A stretch of 64,000 bases of DNA from a virus. Each line of letters begins with the position of its first letter. The first letter of the stretch is position 1. Both the position numbers and the translations under genes were made by a program. Under the pieces are notes generated by a model. That model was not told the origin of the DNA, made no database searches, and worked only from the letters and a program-made list of their open reading frames with translations. The DNA lies in the IMG/VR virus record IMGVR_UViG_3300042452_000950, positions 2,457 through 66,456 of that record, one strand, 5' to 3'. Of this stretch, positions 48,101 through 57,064 are shown piece after piece.

Positions 48101-50475
48101 TCTCGCCCTCGTCAACTATAAAGTGGTCGTACAACGACGTCGCTGGGAAAATAACAGCGTCAGTATCTCCAGCGGGTATCTCTCACGCATCTTTAGCTGA
48201 TCTTACTTCTGGAGATCCGCACACCCAGTACCAGCTAAAATCTGAAAAGAATACGGCTAATGGCTACGCAGGATTAAACTCTTCAGGATTATTGTCTCCT
48301 AGCCGAATTCCCGCGATGCCCTTGTCATTCTTGAGCGACGTTTCGCCAAGCAGTGTGACAAATGGACAGGTTTTGACTTACCATTCGGCAAGCGGCCAAT
48401 GGAGAAACTCCTCTCCTAGCGTGGTAATAACAGATCACGGGCTGCTTACCGGCCTAGCTGACGACGACCACACGCAGTATTTGACCTCTCCCCGCGCGAA
48501 TACGTGGCTGGCTACAAAGACCACGGACAACCTAACGCAAGGATCAACCAATCTTTATTTCACAGACGAGCGCGCACAGGATGCTGTTGGAAACATCCTA
48601 ACTAATACGTCCACCATAAAATGGACCTATAACGATGGATCAAATATTATCTCGGCTGACGTATCTCCAGCTGGTATTTCACACGCCTCGTTAGCCAACC
48701 TAACGACTGGGGATCCGCACACCCAATATCAATTAGAGTCTGAGAAGAACGTGGCCAATGGGTATGCTGGCCTTAATAGTTCAGGACTTCTGTCGCCAAG
48801 CAGAATTCCTGCCATGCCGCTCTCGTTCCTTAGTGATGTATCTCCAAGCAGCGTAACTAATGGACAAGTTCTCACATATCACGCAGCAAGTACTCAGTGG
48901 AGAAACACGTCGCCCAGCACTGTAATAACAGATCACGGACTTTTGACGGGGCTTGTGGACGATGATCACCTACAATATTTAACGTCGCCTCGTGCTAATA
49001 CTTGGTTAGCCACAAAAACTACCACAAATCTTACCGAGGGTAGCAACCTCTACTACACAGATGAACGGGCACAGGATGCTGTTGGCGGAATGGTGTCCCC
49101 GTCATCTACCATAAAGTGGACATACAACGATGTTGCTGGAAAGATAATTGCTCAGGTATCTCCAGCCGGTATTTCCCACGCATCTTTAGCTAACCTAACC
49201 ACAGGTGATCCGCATACCCAGTATCAACTCAAATCTGAAAAGAACGCTGTTAACGGCTACGCCGGTTTGAATTCCTCCGGATTACTGTCCCCAAGCAGAA
49301 TCCCGGCGATGCCGCTCTCGTTTTTAAGTGATGTGTCGCCGTCTTCTTCAACAAATGGACAAGTACTAACTTATCACTCTGCTAGCGGGCAGTGGAGAAA
49401 CCAGTCTCCAACCGTGTATGTGACAGATCACGGAAATCTGACGGGATTAGCAGATGATGATCACCTGCAGTATCTGACATCGCCGCGGGCAAATACATGG
49501 TTGGCAACCAAGACCACCACGAACTTAACTGAAGGAACTAATCTTTACTACACGGATGAGCGAGTTCAGGACGCTGTCGGAGCGATGGTCTCGCCGTCCA
49601 CAACAATAAGGTGGACATATAACGACACCGCGGGGAAGATCCAAGCCTTCGTATCTCCGGCTAACATTTCCCACGCCTCGTTAGCAAACTTAACCACGGG
49701 CGATCCACATACCCAGTACCAACTTAAGTCTGAAAAGAATTCTGCCAACGGTTACGCCGGTCTTAACGCGTCTGGTCTGCTATCGCCCAGCCGTATACCG
49801 GCGATGCCTCTGTCGTTCTTGAGCGATGTTTCCCCAACGGCGCCAACTAATGGCCAGGTGTTAACCTACCATTCTGCCTCTAGTCAGTGGCGTAACCAGT
49901 CACCTACGGGTGGCGGAGTAACTGATCACAGTGCGCTAACAGGACTGGGAAATGACGATCACACTCAATACGCTTTACTGGACGGCACACGTCCATTTGA
50001 TAATAGCGGCTTAAAAATATGGGACTCTATTACAACTTATTCACTTACTTTCACAAATAATTCAGCACAGTCTACAGATCATTTTATTTATTTAGATACT
50101 ACTAGTCCAGTAATCAACGTAACACTTAGAGGCGATTTAACGGTATCCGCCCTAGGGGCGCAGGTCAGCGGAAACAACAACGGCGACGTGACATTAGCCG
50201 GGTCGTATGACTATATCACCTTAGCTAACCAGGTGATCACGCGTGGCCAAATTGATCTGACAACAGACGTTACTGGTGATCTTCCATTCTCAAATATTAC
50301 ACCGGCTACATCACCTAGTGTTTTATTAGGAAGAGGATCAGCGAGTTCAGGGGACTTCCAGCAGATTACACTTGGTTCTGGTTTGACCATGACCGGTACT
50401 ACGTTATCCTCGTCGGGTGGAAGTGGGACTAGTTTTGCTACGGTAATGGCGATTAACAGTTTTGGAGGTTTCTAG
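45148..50475 (+). CDS. Long tail fibre protein with tandem ~165-aa repeats
   Basis: 1775 aa; AGGAG RBS; TGVVAGTY..TVNAKGQLT; repeated DHG..DDDH, TDERAQDA, DPHTQY, LSDVSP modules. Confidence 0.8.
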   Translation: MARLNIQSPDIGTGIVTSQKLANTGVVAGTYSLPTLTVNAKGQLTSINSGAFSPGMLSPTGSGSGLDADLLDGYHASAFALAGHSHALNDLTDVVTPSPKNGQLLEFDGTNWVNAVRPSNEPIGHEDFTESTISFDESTRIFSIAPVGVSHTVWCVGIRYIKTTTETVTIPDTTALYYIYYSSSGVLSYKTSFFTWDQEAPVAYIYWNADDNRAYYLADERHGVTLDWATHEYLHRTRGAAYASGFGVNNYTTTGNGSLDSHAQIDLADGTFFDEDLQIDIVHAASPVVNTWQQHLQGHGRFPIFYRTGNVWKRTSPTNFPIYYTTAANYNLNSAGHWSPVTLANNRYGISWLVATNNLTYPAMVILGQAEYTNEAGYAAANWSDLDLSGFPSVEFRPLHKIVYQTSTSYANTPKSRFVHVYDLRSILPTGGVTSLPVTDHGALTGLGDDDHLQYLTSPRANTWLGTKSIGALSDVSPSTPLDGQALIYHSASGQWRNSTLPSGVTDHGLLTGLSDDDHLQYLTSPRADTWLSTKTTTNLLEGTNLYYTDERAQDAFGGMVSPSSTIKWSYNDVAGKITASVSPAGISHSSLADLTTGDPHTQYQIESEKNSANGYMGLDSGGRASPTRLGSGTPTSSVWLRGDGVWSTVPYSPADAITVDATAVKNPNFESTPGTAPLNAVLVTWGIDNGVSPVDVYGYVTYSGLNTWLGTRTTTNLTEGTNLYYTDERAQDAFGAMVSPSSTIRWTYNDAAGKIQAFVSPANISHADLANLTSGDPHTQYQLKSQKNVANGYAGLDASGLVSPVRIPAMPLSFLSDVSPGTPTNGQVLTYHTTSGQWRSTSPTVYVTDHGALTGLADDDHTQYLTSPRANTWLATKTTTNLLEGSNLYYTDERVQDAVGAMVSPSSTVRWTYNDAAGKIQAFVSPANIDHGALGGLTDDDHLQYLTSPRANTWLATKTTTNLTEGSNLYYTDERAQDAFGGMVSPSSTIKWSYNDVAGKITASVSPAGISHASLADLTSGDPHTQYQLKSEKNTANGYAGLNSSGLLSPSRIPAMPLSFLSDVSPSSVTNGQVLTYHSASGQWRNSSPSVVITDHGLLTGLADDDHTQYLTSPRANTWLATKTTDNLTQGSTNLYFTDERAQDAVGNILTNTSTIKWTYNDGSNIISADVSPAGISHASLANLTTGDPHTQYQLESEKNVANGYAGLNSSGLLSPSRIPAMPLSFLSDVSPSSVTNGQVLTYHAASTQWRNTSPSTVITDHGLLTGLVDDDHLQYLTSPRANTWLATKTTTNLTEGSNLYYTDERAQDAVGGMVSPSSTIKWTYNDVAGKIIAQVSPAGISHASLANLTTGDPHTQYQLKSEKNAVNGYAGLNSSGLLSPSRIPAMPLSFLSDVSPSSSTNGQVLTYHSASGQWRNQSPTVYVTDHGNLTGLADDDHLQYLTSPRANTWLATKTTTNLTEGTNLYYTDERVQDAVGAMVSPSTTIRWTYNDTAGKIQAFVSPANISHASLANLTTGDPHTQYQLKSEKNSANGYAGLNASGLLSPSRIPAMPLSFLSDVSPTAPTNGQVLTYHSASSQWRNQSPTGGGVTDHSALTGLGNDDHTQYALLDGTRPFDNSGLKIWDSITTYSLTFTNNSAQSTDHFIYLDTTSPVINVTLRGDLTVSALGAQVSGNNNGDVTLAGSYDYITLANQVITRGQIDLTTDVTGDLPFSNITPATSPSVLLGRGSASSGDFQQITLGSGLTMTGTTLSSSGGSGTSFATVMAINSFGGF
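46459..49975 (+). repeat. Protein-level tandem repeats (unit 495-498 bp) inside the fibre gene
   Basis: TDH(G/S) module starts at 48430, 48928, 49423 and 49921; partial and shuffled units upstream. Confidence 0.85.
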
Positions 50476-50477
50476 TA

Positions 50478-51671
50478 ATGGCTATAACGCTCGATGCGAC
50501 TACACACAGTTTAGAAATTACCACAAGTGCTGCTGTGAGCATGCACTGGAACACTGCCTGGGTTGATGCTACCGCGTCAGCATTTACACCTGGAAGTAAT
50601 CAAGGAACTATTAGCACTGCTACTACTACAGCGATAGTGGCCGCTCCTTCGCCGTCTACACAGCGCGGTGTAAAATTTATTAGTGTGTACAACAATGGAG
50701 TATCATCTCCTCAGACTGTAACAGTCAAAAAGGATGTTTCCGCGACTGAATACACCTTATTTAAAACAACGATTCTTCCTGGGGAATCTCTTCAGTATTC
50801 TGACAACTCTGGGTGGGGGACTTTTGACGGTGTTGGTAGAAGAAGGGCGATTGCGCCAGAGCTGTCTACTGTTGGTGCGACAACGAGTCGAAGCTACTAC
50901 AAAGTTGGTAGCACTAGTTACGGAGCAAACGTTTGGTATTGTTTCGCTAAAGACGCCGGAATGCCGGGAGCCTGGGCTCCAGGGACACCTGGCGTTGGTG
51001 GTAGGGCAACCGACGGAACGACCTCGGCGGACAACGGATGTTTTATTATTCCAAGCTCATCAGCTTCTCAGTACATAACACAGGCAAACTTACACACCAG
51101 TTCCGCGGCGGCGTATACTCTGTGGGATATTCTTTTAGTCAATTCTGGTATGAACCAGACGCAGACAACATCTCAAACACTTAATACCGTAACGCTTCCT
51201 GCAAGAGACAATAACGGAACCACATCCGGTGAAGGATGTTACGCTGGACTTCTGTTTACAAGCGGAGGTACACACAGTGTTAATCCCTCTGCCACAATTA
51301 CCTACACTAATTCCGCTGGAACCGGATCTAGAACAGGCACATTGACAGCAATCGCTGGTGAGCAAATAGGCTCTAACCAAGTCGCTGGATCAGTAATTTT
51401 CTTTAAATTAGCCAACGGAGATAAGGGAGTACAATCAGTACAGTCAATAACACTCGCAGTATCTCTAGGAACTGCTGTGGCGTCTCTAATTATAGCTAGG
51501 CCGATTCTATCATTTGCGGGCGCGAGTAACTATTACACTTTAGTCAGGCAGTATGCCGATGGAAATCCTGGAATCAGAATCTTCAGTGGCTCCTGCCTAC
51601 ATGTTTTTATGCGTCCGAGCTCTAACCTGCAGTCCACCATATACGGACAATTGATGATTTCCGAGAGATGA
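50478..51671 (+). CDS. Fibre-associated virion protein, paralog 1
   Basis: 397 aa; shares THSLE, GRATDG, LPxRDNNGT, GEGCYAGLL, FKLAxGDxGV, LIIARP with the next gene. Confidence 0.7.
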   Translation: MAITLDATTHSLEITTSAAVSMHWNTAWVDATASAFTPGSNQGTISTATTTAIVAAPSPSTQRGVKFISVYNNGVSSPQTVTVKKDVSATEYTLFKTTILPGESLQYSDNSGWGTFDGVGRRRAIAPELSTVGATTSRSYYKVGSTSYGANVWYCFAKDAGMPGAWAPGTPGVGGRATDGTTSADNGCFIIPSSSASQYITQANLHTSSAAAYTLWDILLVNSGMNQTQTTSQTLNTVTLPARDNNGTTSGEGCYAGLLFTSGGTHSVNPSATITYTNSAGTGSRTGTLTAIAGEQIGSNQVAGSVIFFKLANGDKGVQSVQSITLAVSLGTAVASLIIARPILSFAGASNYYTLVRQYADGNPGIRIFSGSCLHVFMRPSSNLQSTIYGQLMISER

Positions 51672-52855
51672 TTCAACTTACTAATACTTCTCACTCTCTT
51701 GAACTTCAAACAAGCGGCTCCAGTACAATAAACTGGTCTTGCTACTACGTAGATATCGGAGCAGCTAGCACAACGCCAGGAAGCGCCCAAGGGTCGGTTG
51801 CATCGGCAACTACCACAACCATAGCCTCGGCTCCCGGAGCCAGCACGACCAGATTGATAAAAAATATTATGGCTGTTAATACTGGTACGGCTTCCCAGAC
51901 ATTAACAGTCAAAAAAGATGTTAGCGGATCTGAAACAATAATTCTAAAGGCGACTATTAATAAAGACGAGTCGTTACTCTATTCGGCAGAACGAGGCTGG
52001 ACTAGATACGATAGTGCTGGAAATGAAATTATCGATCTCGCTCAAAGAGATATAGCGGTAGATTTTTCATCTTCGTATAGAAAAACGGGCACAACGCCAG
52101 AGGCGGGTGCGACCTGGTATACACACGCTAAAGATACACCGGTGTGGTCACCGTTTACAAGCTCAACAGCAGGGCGAGCGACAGATGGAAGAACTTCGCC
52201 TGATTGGGCCGGGTGCTTGAGGCTATATTCACCGGCGAACACCTGGTATCTCAACGAGGTGGAGTTTTCTACGACGTTTAGAGGTGCCTACTCGTTCTGG
52301 GATATATTGTGGGCCAACGGGGGCATAGTTGTAACTACGACAACTCAACAGATAATGAATAGCCCTATCACCGTTAACCTTCCACCTCGTGACAACAACG
52401 GAACATCAAATGGAGAAGGGTGCTACGCTGGATTATTAATTCTTACGGCCACGACGAACGCATCAGCAATCTCTAACTCAACCATACGCTACACCAGCGC
52501 GGCAAACTCACCTAATAAAGTTGGAACCTTCAGCGCTATAACCGGTGATAGAATTGCGCCAACATTTGTCGCCGGATCGGTAGTCTGGTTTAAATTGGCT
52601 GCGGGAGATACCGGAGTCCGATCCATACAAGCGCTTACACTGAATACAAGCTTAGGCGGTGGCCGTGTTGCGTTAATCATCGCTCGGCCAGTAACAGGAA
52701 CCATCACCTACCAATATAACCCTTTTAATGTCAGCACAGGTTTCGATTTTCCAGGAATTAAGGTGTTCGCTGGATCTAATATGCACATGTTTTCAATTTA
52801 CGAGTCAGCTATTAATAGCACTGTTTCCGCTGTAGTCAAATTTTTTGATGTGTGA
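51668..52855 (+). CDS. Fibre-associated virion protein, paralog 2
   Basis: 395 aa, colinear with the previous gene; ATGA overlap. Confidence 0.7.
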   Translation: MIQLTNTSHSLELQTSGSSTINWSCYYVDIGAASTTPGSAQGSVASATTTTIASAPGASTTRLIKNIMAVNTGTASQTLTVKKDVSGSETIILKATINKDESLLYSAERGWTRYDSAGNEIIDLAQRDIAVDFSSSYRKTGTTPEAGATWYTHAKDTPVWSPFTSSTAGRATDGRTSPDWAGCLRLYSPANTWYLNEVEFSTTFRGAYSFWDILWANGGIVVTTTTQQIMNSPITVNLPPRDNNGTSNGEGCYAGLLILTATTNASAISNSTIRYTSAANSPNKVGTFSAITGDRIAPTFVAGSVVWFKLAAGDTGVRSIQALTLNTSLGGGRVALIIARPVTGTITYQYNPFNVSTGFDFPGIKVFAGSNMHMFSIYESAINSTVSAVVKFFDV

Positions 52856-52886
52856 TCTTTTAAGCTGTTCCAGGCTCTGATCACAC

Positions 52887-53570
52887 CTACGATATGGCCG
52901 ACGCTTTTCGTATTGATACCGGGGGACGGTCGGAGTAAATCAGGCACATCCGATAGAACCAGCCACCGCTATGGGCCGGAGGAAATTTTCTGATGGCTCT
53001 CGAACCATAGCAAAGGATTTCTCCGTCAATCTGAACTTTTAACTGCGGCGGTTGCCAGATTTGTCTATCTTCAATAACACTATTAATCGATGTCATGACT
53101 CTATCTTCAGGCTGATCAAGATCGAGTACCATTGACGTAGGCTCATCTATAAAAACGGGATGGTGCACACCGTCGACCTCTGAACTAGTGACGGCGTCGA
53201 AGTATCGGAACATTTTATAGAGATGGTATAGCTCTTTGAATTTATCTTTATCCGCTTTGGAGAAAAGTCGATCCGGTGTGTGCCACCTTATATTTCCGAA
53301 TAGGTGTCCCGATGAGAAGTAACCAGCAATAATCGTGACGCTTGCATGTAATTGTTTCGATCTTACCGCATCAGATTGTTCTAGAGCAATATAAGTAGAG
53401 TCTTTTAAAACTTCAGAGAGGAGGTGTCTTGTTATGACACCCCCTCTTTTTACAGCGTCTTCGTAAGAAATACCATGAAGAGTAGGCTCGGTCTTAATAG
53501 CGTTCATACCGAACTTCGGCACAAACGTTACCCGACGAACGTCGGTTTTAAATTTGATCGAGCTCTCCAT
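52887..53570 (-). CDS. Hypothetical protein
   Basis: Open frame downstream of RNR; start 53570 or 53609. Confidence 0.55.
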   Translation of the reverse strand: MESSIKFKTDVRRVTFVPKFGMNAIKTEPTLHGISYEDAVKRGGVITRHLLSEVLKDSTYIALEQSDAVRSKQLHASVTIIAGYFSSGHLFGNIRWHTPDRLFSKADKDKFKELYHLYKMFRYFDAVTSSEVDGVHHPVFIDEPTSMVLDLDQPEDRVMTSINSVIEDRQIWQPPQLKVQIDGEILCYGSRAIRKFPPAHSGGWFYRMCLIYSDRPPVSIRKASAIS

Positions 53571-53574
53571 GAAA

Positions 53575-55548
53575 TCACTTAATAGGGCAAGCCCCGCCTT
53601 CACATTCAAAACTATCCTTTAACTCTACATGAGTAGTTAATCCTGCTGTGATGGGCTTAATCTTCGCGGCCATGGTCTCGAATTGCTCCTTCGTGATCTC
53701 TTCGTAAGGAGCCTGAGCAAATCCGTGGTCCGAGTGGAGCAGGAACGAGATCGCTTTAATCGATGTGTTAAAGTTAGCTTTCAACCAATCTTTTATCTGA
53801 TCAAGTTCCTCGTACTTATAGTAGACAGTACAGGAAACACTGTTATCAGACCAATGCGTCTGCAGGAATTTGACCGTTTCGAGCATCTCGATCGCCGTAA
53901 CCTCTTTCGCTGTCTTTCCGCTACGAGACCGGACAGGGAAACTGACCACCATAGTATCGTGATCCTTTGAACCGTCGAGTCGGAGCACCGGCTCAACGTG
54001 ATGACCCGTGTTTCTGCAGAGCGCGACTAACGGATCGTTTGCAGCCATGCGCACACGACGGATATAGAACGGTGCGTAGTCAGGGTGGGCGCCAGGAGCG
54101 ACACCTGACAGGAGTGACAGTGTTCCGGACGGCTTGATTGTTGTTAGTTTGATCGAGGGATTGATCTGCTTGCCGTGAATCTGAGACAGCGTCTTAGAGA
54201 ATTCTACGTCGGTCTGCTCAAGATGCTGATAGACAACATCAAGAGCCTGCTCATTAACAAATGACGGGCGCTGATACCATCCGGTAATTCCTTGACCGAG
54301 ACGACGGTTCTTTTCTAAGATCTTATTGGCTTCGGGCCAGTGGTGCGGAACTGTGGTAATGATCTTCTGTACCTTATACAAAAGTTCAGCTACCTCTTTA
54401 AATTCAGCGATATCGCGGATGTTCGGCAAGTGAATTTCGGCGAGATTGCAGCTTTCTTTATCTTCTAATGTAATCTCCGCGCACGGGTTAGTTCCCATGA
54501 CGTCCGGATCGATCCTGTGGAGATCTTTGAGACGGCCCTTCTGGCGGCAAAGCTTAAGGTTCATCAATCCGTAAGGCTCACCCTCCTTCGGCATATACCC
54601 ATTCCAGAACTCGTCAGGAATGTTGTCGAACGAGTTAGCAACAATCGTATTATTGCTCTTGTCTCTCCACGACGGAATAGCTCCCGTGGACCACCGCTTG
54701 GCACGGAGGAAGTTGAAATCATCCGGATCTCCAAGAGCCAGCTCCGCAGAACGGCGGACGTTACCAGCTACAACGATTGATCCTATGATGTTAGCAATGT
54801 CGAGCACATCAATAGGTCGCAGACGCTTCATCGTGCGGCTCTTAAAGATTTTGCAGATGTCTTCTAACCCAGAGCACAGGTCTTCGGGGCCGCTAGCTAC
54901 CCCACCGAATCCTTTGATAGGCGTCCCTTTTCCGCGCACACATATAGTTGAATACGAGAAGGACTTACCCGTCTCGAAGAACGATTCTAAAGTTCTTGCT
55001 AGGAGTTCTACCCAGCCCTCACGTGAGTCCGGAACAATGAAATCGGCGTCGCTTGTATCCTGACGGGTAATATTGACGCCCCGCTTGATGATGGGAAGTT
55101 GATATACGTGTTCTTTCTGAATGTTAAAGCCGACACCACCTCCTAGCATCAACATTTCAAAAAGGAAACAGAACGCCGACGGCTTATCAAAGGTGACGAA
55201 GTAGCAGTTATTAAGACTGGCAGATCCAATACGATCGACGGTTTTGGATCCGAGTTGCCAGAAGGCTCTTCCAGATACGGTTCCTTTTAGGTTGAAGATA
55301 TGGTCATAGAGACGCATACCCTCGTCAATCGTCATAGCTCCGCGAGATAGCTTTAACACAGCGTTAACAACGCGCTCGCAGGTTTCCCACATCTCCTCAG
55401 TTCTGTCTTGTCCTTCAACTTTGCGGGAATACGTACGCTTGTAGACAATATACCCGACGGGGCCCCAGGGAACTGAAAGATTGCGGTAGGCCTCCACAAA
55501 AGCCTTGGGCAATTGCGGAACGGAATTGATAACTTCAGTAGTCTGCAT
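53575..55548 (-). CDS. nrdJ: Class II (B12-dependent, monomeric-type) ribonucleotide reductase
   Basis: VYKRTYSR, SLNNC, MLGGGVGF, VVAGNVRRSAE, GTNPCAEI, TTIKPSGT, C-terminal CEGGACPIK; no small subunit adjacent. Confidence 0.93.
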   Translation of the reverse strand: MQTTEVINSVPQLPKAFVEAYRNLSVPWGPVGYIVYKRTYSRKVEGQDRTEEMWETCERVVNAVLKLSRGAMTIDEGMRLYDHIFNLKGTVSGRAFWQLGSKTVDRIGSASLNNCYFVTFDKPSAFCFLFEMLMLGGGVGFNIQKEHVYQLPIIKRGVNITRQDTSDADFIVPDSREGWVELLARTLESFFETGKSFSYSTICVRGKGTPIKGFGGVASGPEDLCSGLEDICKIFKSRTMKRLRPIDVLDIANIIGSIVVAGNVRRSAELALGDPDDFNFLRAKRWSTGAIPSWRDKSNNTIVANSFDNIPDEFWNGYMPKEGEPYGLMNLKLCRQKGRLKDLHRIDPDVMGTNPCAEITLEDKESCNLAEIHLPNIRDIAEFKEVAELLYKVQKIITTVPHHWPEANKILEKNRRLGQGITGWYQRPSFVNEQALDVVYQHLEQTDVEFSKTLSQIHGKQINPSIKLTTIKPSGTLSLLSGVAPGAHPDYAPFYIRRVRMAANDPLVALCRNTGHHVEPVLRLDGSKDHDTMVVSFPVRSRSGKTAKEVTAIEMLETVKFLQTHWSDNSVSCTVYYKYEELDQIKDWLKANFNTSIKAISFLLHSDHGFAQAPYEEITKEQFETMAAKIKPITAGLTTHVELKDSFECEGGACPIK

Positions 55549-55581
55549 GAAATAGTTCCTTGTAAAAATGTTGGTTCCCTT

Positions 55582-55609
55582 ATTTTAGCATGACTTGTTG
55601 TCCCTACAA
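55582..55609 (-). promoter_or_regulatory. Sigma70-like promoter for nrdJ
   Basis: TTGTAG-N16-TAAAAT with TG extension (TGCTAAAAT). Confidence 0.45.
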
Positions 55610-55619
55610 CTACCTTATT

Positions 55620-55672
55620 AAAAAAATAAATGGTAGCGGAATACGACACAACAAGTGACGCATCCCGCTACC
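55620..55672 (-). terminator. Intrinsic terminator after the helicase gene
   Basis: GGTAGCGGGATGCG...CGTATTCCGCTACC followed by ATTTATTTTTT. Confidence 0.7.
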
Positions 55673-55699
55673 TCCAAACCATTCCCAATAGTCTTATGA

Positions 55700-57064
55700 C
55701 TAATAATCGCCGTCTTCTGCGGCCTCCAGATCTTCGGTTCGACCAATCTGATCAAACTTCATCTCGTGATAGTCCCAGTTAAACCTATAAGGATTACCGG
55801 GAGTACCGTCACGAACCTTCATCGAAGTGATGTCGATCTGCTTGGCTTTACGCAGAGCCGGAGGTTGAAACAAGCCGATAATGTTGTTTGAGTCTTGGCC
55901 GATGCTCATAGAGAAGGCGATGTCATCGGTCGAGGATGTATGAATATTTTTAGATCCTTGTTTGAATTGCGTGGCAAGCATGTAATGCCTGTCGGTTAGA
56001 AGAGTGTGAAGACGCATCTGCTGCATATTAGCCTCGACACGTTCCCAGCGCTTCTCTCCGGGACCTTGCATGTAATAGAATCCGTCAATGACCACGAGTG
56101 AGGCCCCGAAGTCGTCCGCCTGCGCCCTAATCTGTTCCGGTGTTCCTGCGGTATCGGGGCCGACGATGCGAATGTTATCGCCGACCACGACCCCGTAGTC
56201 GTTAGGAACTGTCAGCAGATCGATTCCTTTATTGTAGGCTGCACGTTCTTCTGGAGATATTTTTCCAGACCTGAGTCTGTTAAAGCTGACTCTCGTGTAG
56301 AGAGATGCCAGGCGTCTTGAAATATCTAGAACAGGCATTTCACAGCTAACTACAAGAACCTTAGTTTGTAATTCTTTCTTGCGAGCGTCAGTGAGCGGAA
56401 TAATATCCTGAGGTCGATGAACAATAAAAGGATCTCCGCTAGCAGCAGAAATCGCAGATAGAAGTACGAACCAGGTTTTCCCTACACCGGTCTTTGCTAG
56501 AACACCCGTAATTTGGGCAGGCTGCCATCCAAGTAGTTCCTCATAAAGGAAATAAAACGGAATAGGAATTCCAGCGGCCTCGCCAGCGATCACCTTATCG
56601 AGATCGTCCCTGAGCAGAGGAACCATCTCTGACAAGGTGGCTACACGTCCGCTGGACCTCGTATACTTTGAATGCATCTTGCGGAGAGCCTCGTCCATAA
56701 ACTGGAGCAGTGGCTTTCCGTCCGGAGTGCTTTCGTATTCTTTTGCCAAATCATTAGAGAACGCCTGTATATCTACCCTAATGGAGCGGCTTACAACCTC
56801 GTCGTATAGAGACTGAAGCGGGGCTCTAGGAATTTTTGAATTGAACAGCACTTCCTTAGGAAGCTGTTCAAATCTCTGGAGTACCATTTTGTGATCAGGA
56901 ATCTGCTTGTATTTATTCCTGTATTCAACAATGTACTCTACAACGTCTTTATAGGGCTCGGAAAAGACAGTTGGAGTCAGCCCTTGTTTGAGAAGCTGGT
57001 TAACCTCTCCAGCATCGGCTGTGACTAACTTAGTTAGAAACAGCGGCTCAATCCGTTCCATCAT
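55700..57064 (-). CDS. dnaB: DnaB-like replicative helicase
   Basis: LAKTGVGKTW, VSCEMP, RLRSGKI, VVIDGFYY, LATQF, SIGQDS, KVRDG. Confidence 0.9.
   Translation of the reverse strand: MMERIEPLFLTKLVTADAGEVNQLLKQGLTPTVFSEPYKDVVEYIVEYRNKYKQIPDHKMVLQRFEQLPKEVLFNSKIPRAPLQSLYDEVVSRSIRVDIQAFSNDLAKEYESTPDGKPLLQFMDEALRKMHSKYTRSSGRVATLSEMVPLLRDDLDKVIAGEAAGIPIPFYFLYEELLGWQPAQITGVLAKTGVGKTWFVLLSAISAASGDPFIVHRPQDIIPLTDARKKELQTKVLVVSCEMPVLDISRRLASLYTRVSFNRLRSGKISPEERAAYNKGIDLLTVPNDYGVVVGDNIRIVGPDTAGTPEQIRAQADDFGASLVVIDGFYYMQGPGEKRWERVEANMQQMRLHTLLTDRHYMLATQFKQGSKNIHTSSTDDIAFSMSIGQDSNNIIGLFQPPALRKAKQIDITSMKVRDGTPGNPYRFNWDYHEMKFDQIGRTEDLEAAEDGDY

Noticed and set aside
40327-52855. Diversity-generating retroelement acting on the fibres
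   Set aside because: Repeat differences are synonymous and not adenine-specific; no reverse transcriptase in the window.
55549-55700. Cobalamin riboswitch or NrdR box upstream of nrdJ
   Set aside because: The space is short and taken up by a terminator and promoter; no recognisable B12-box or NrdR palindrome.
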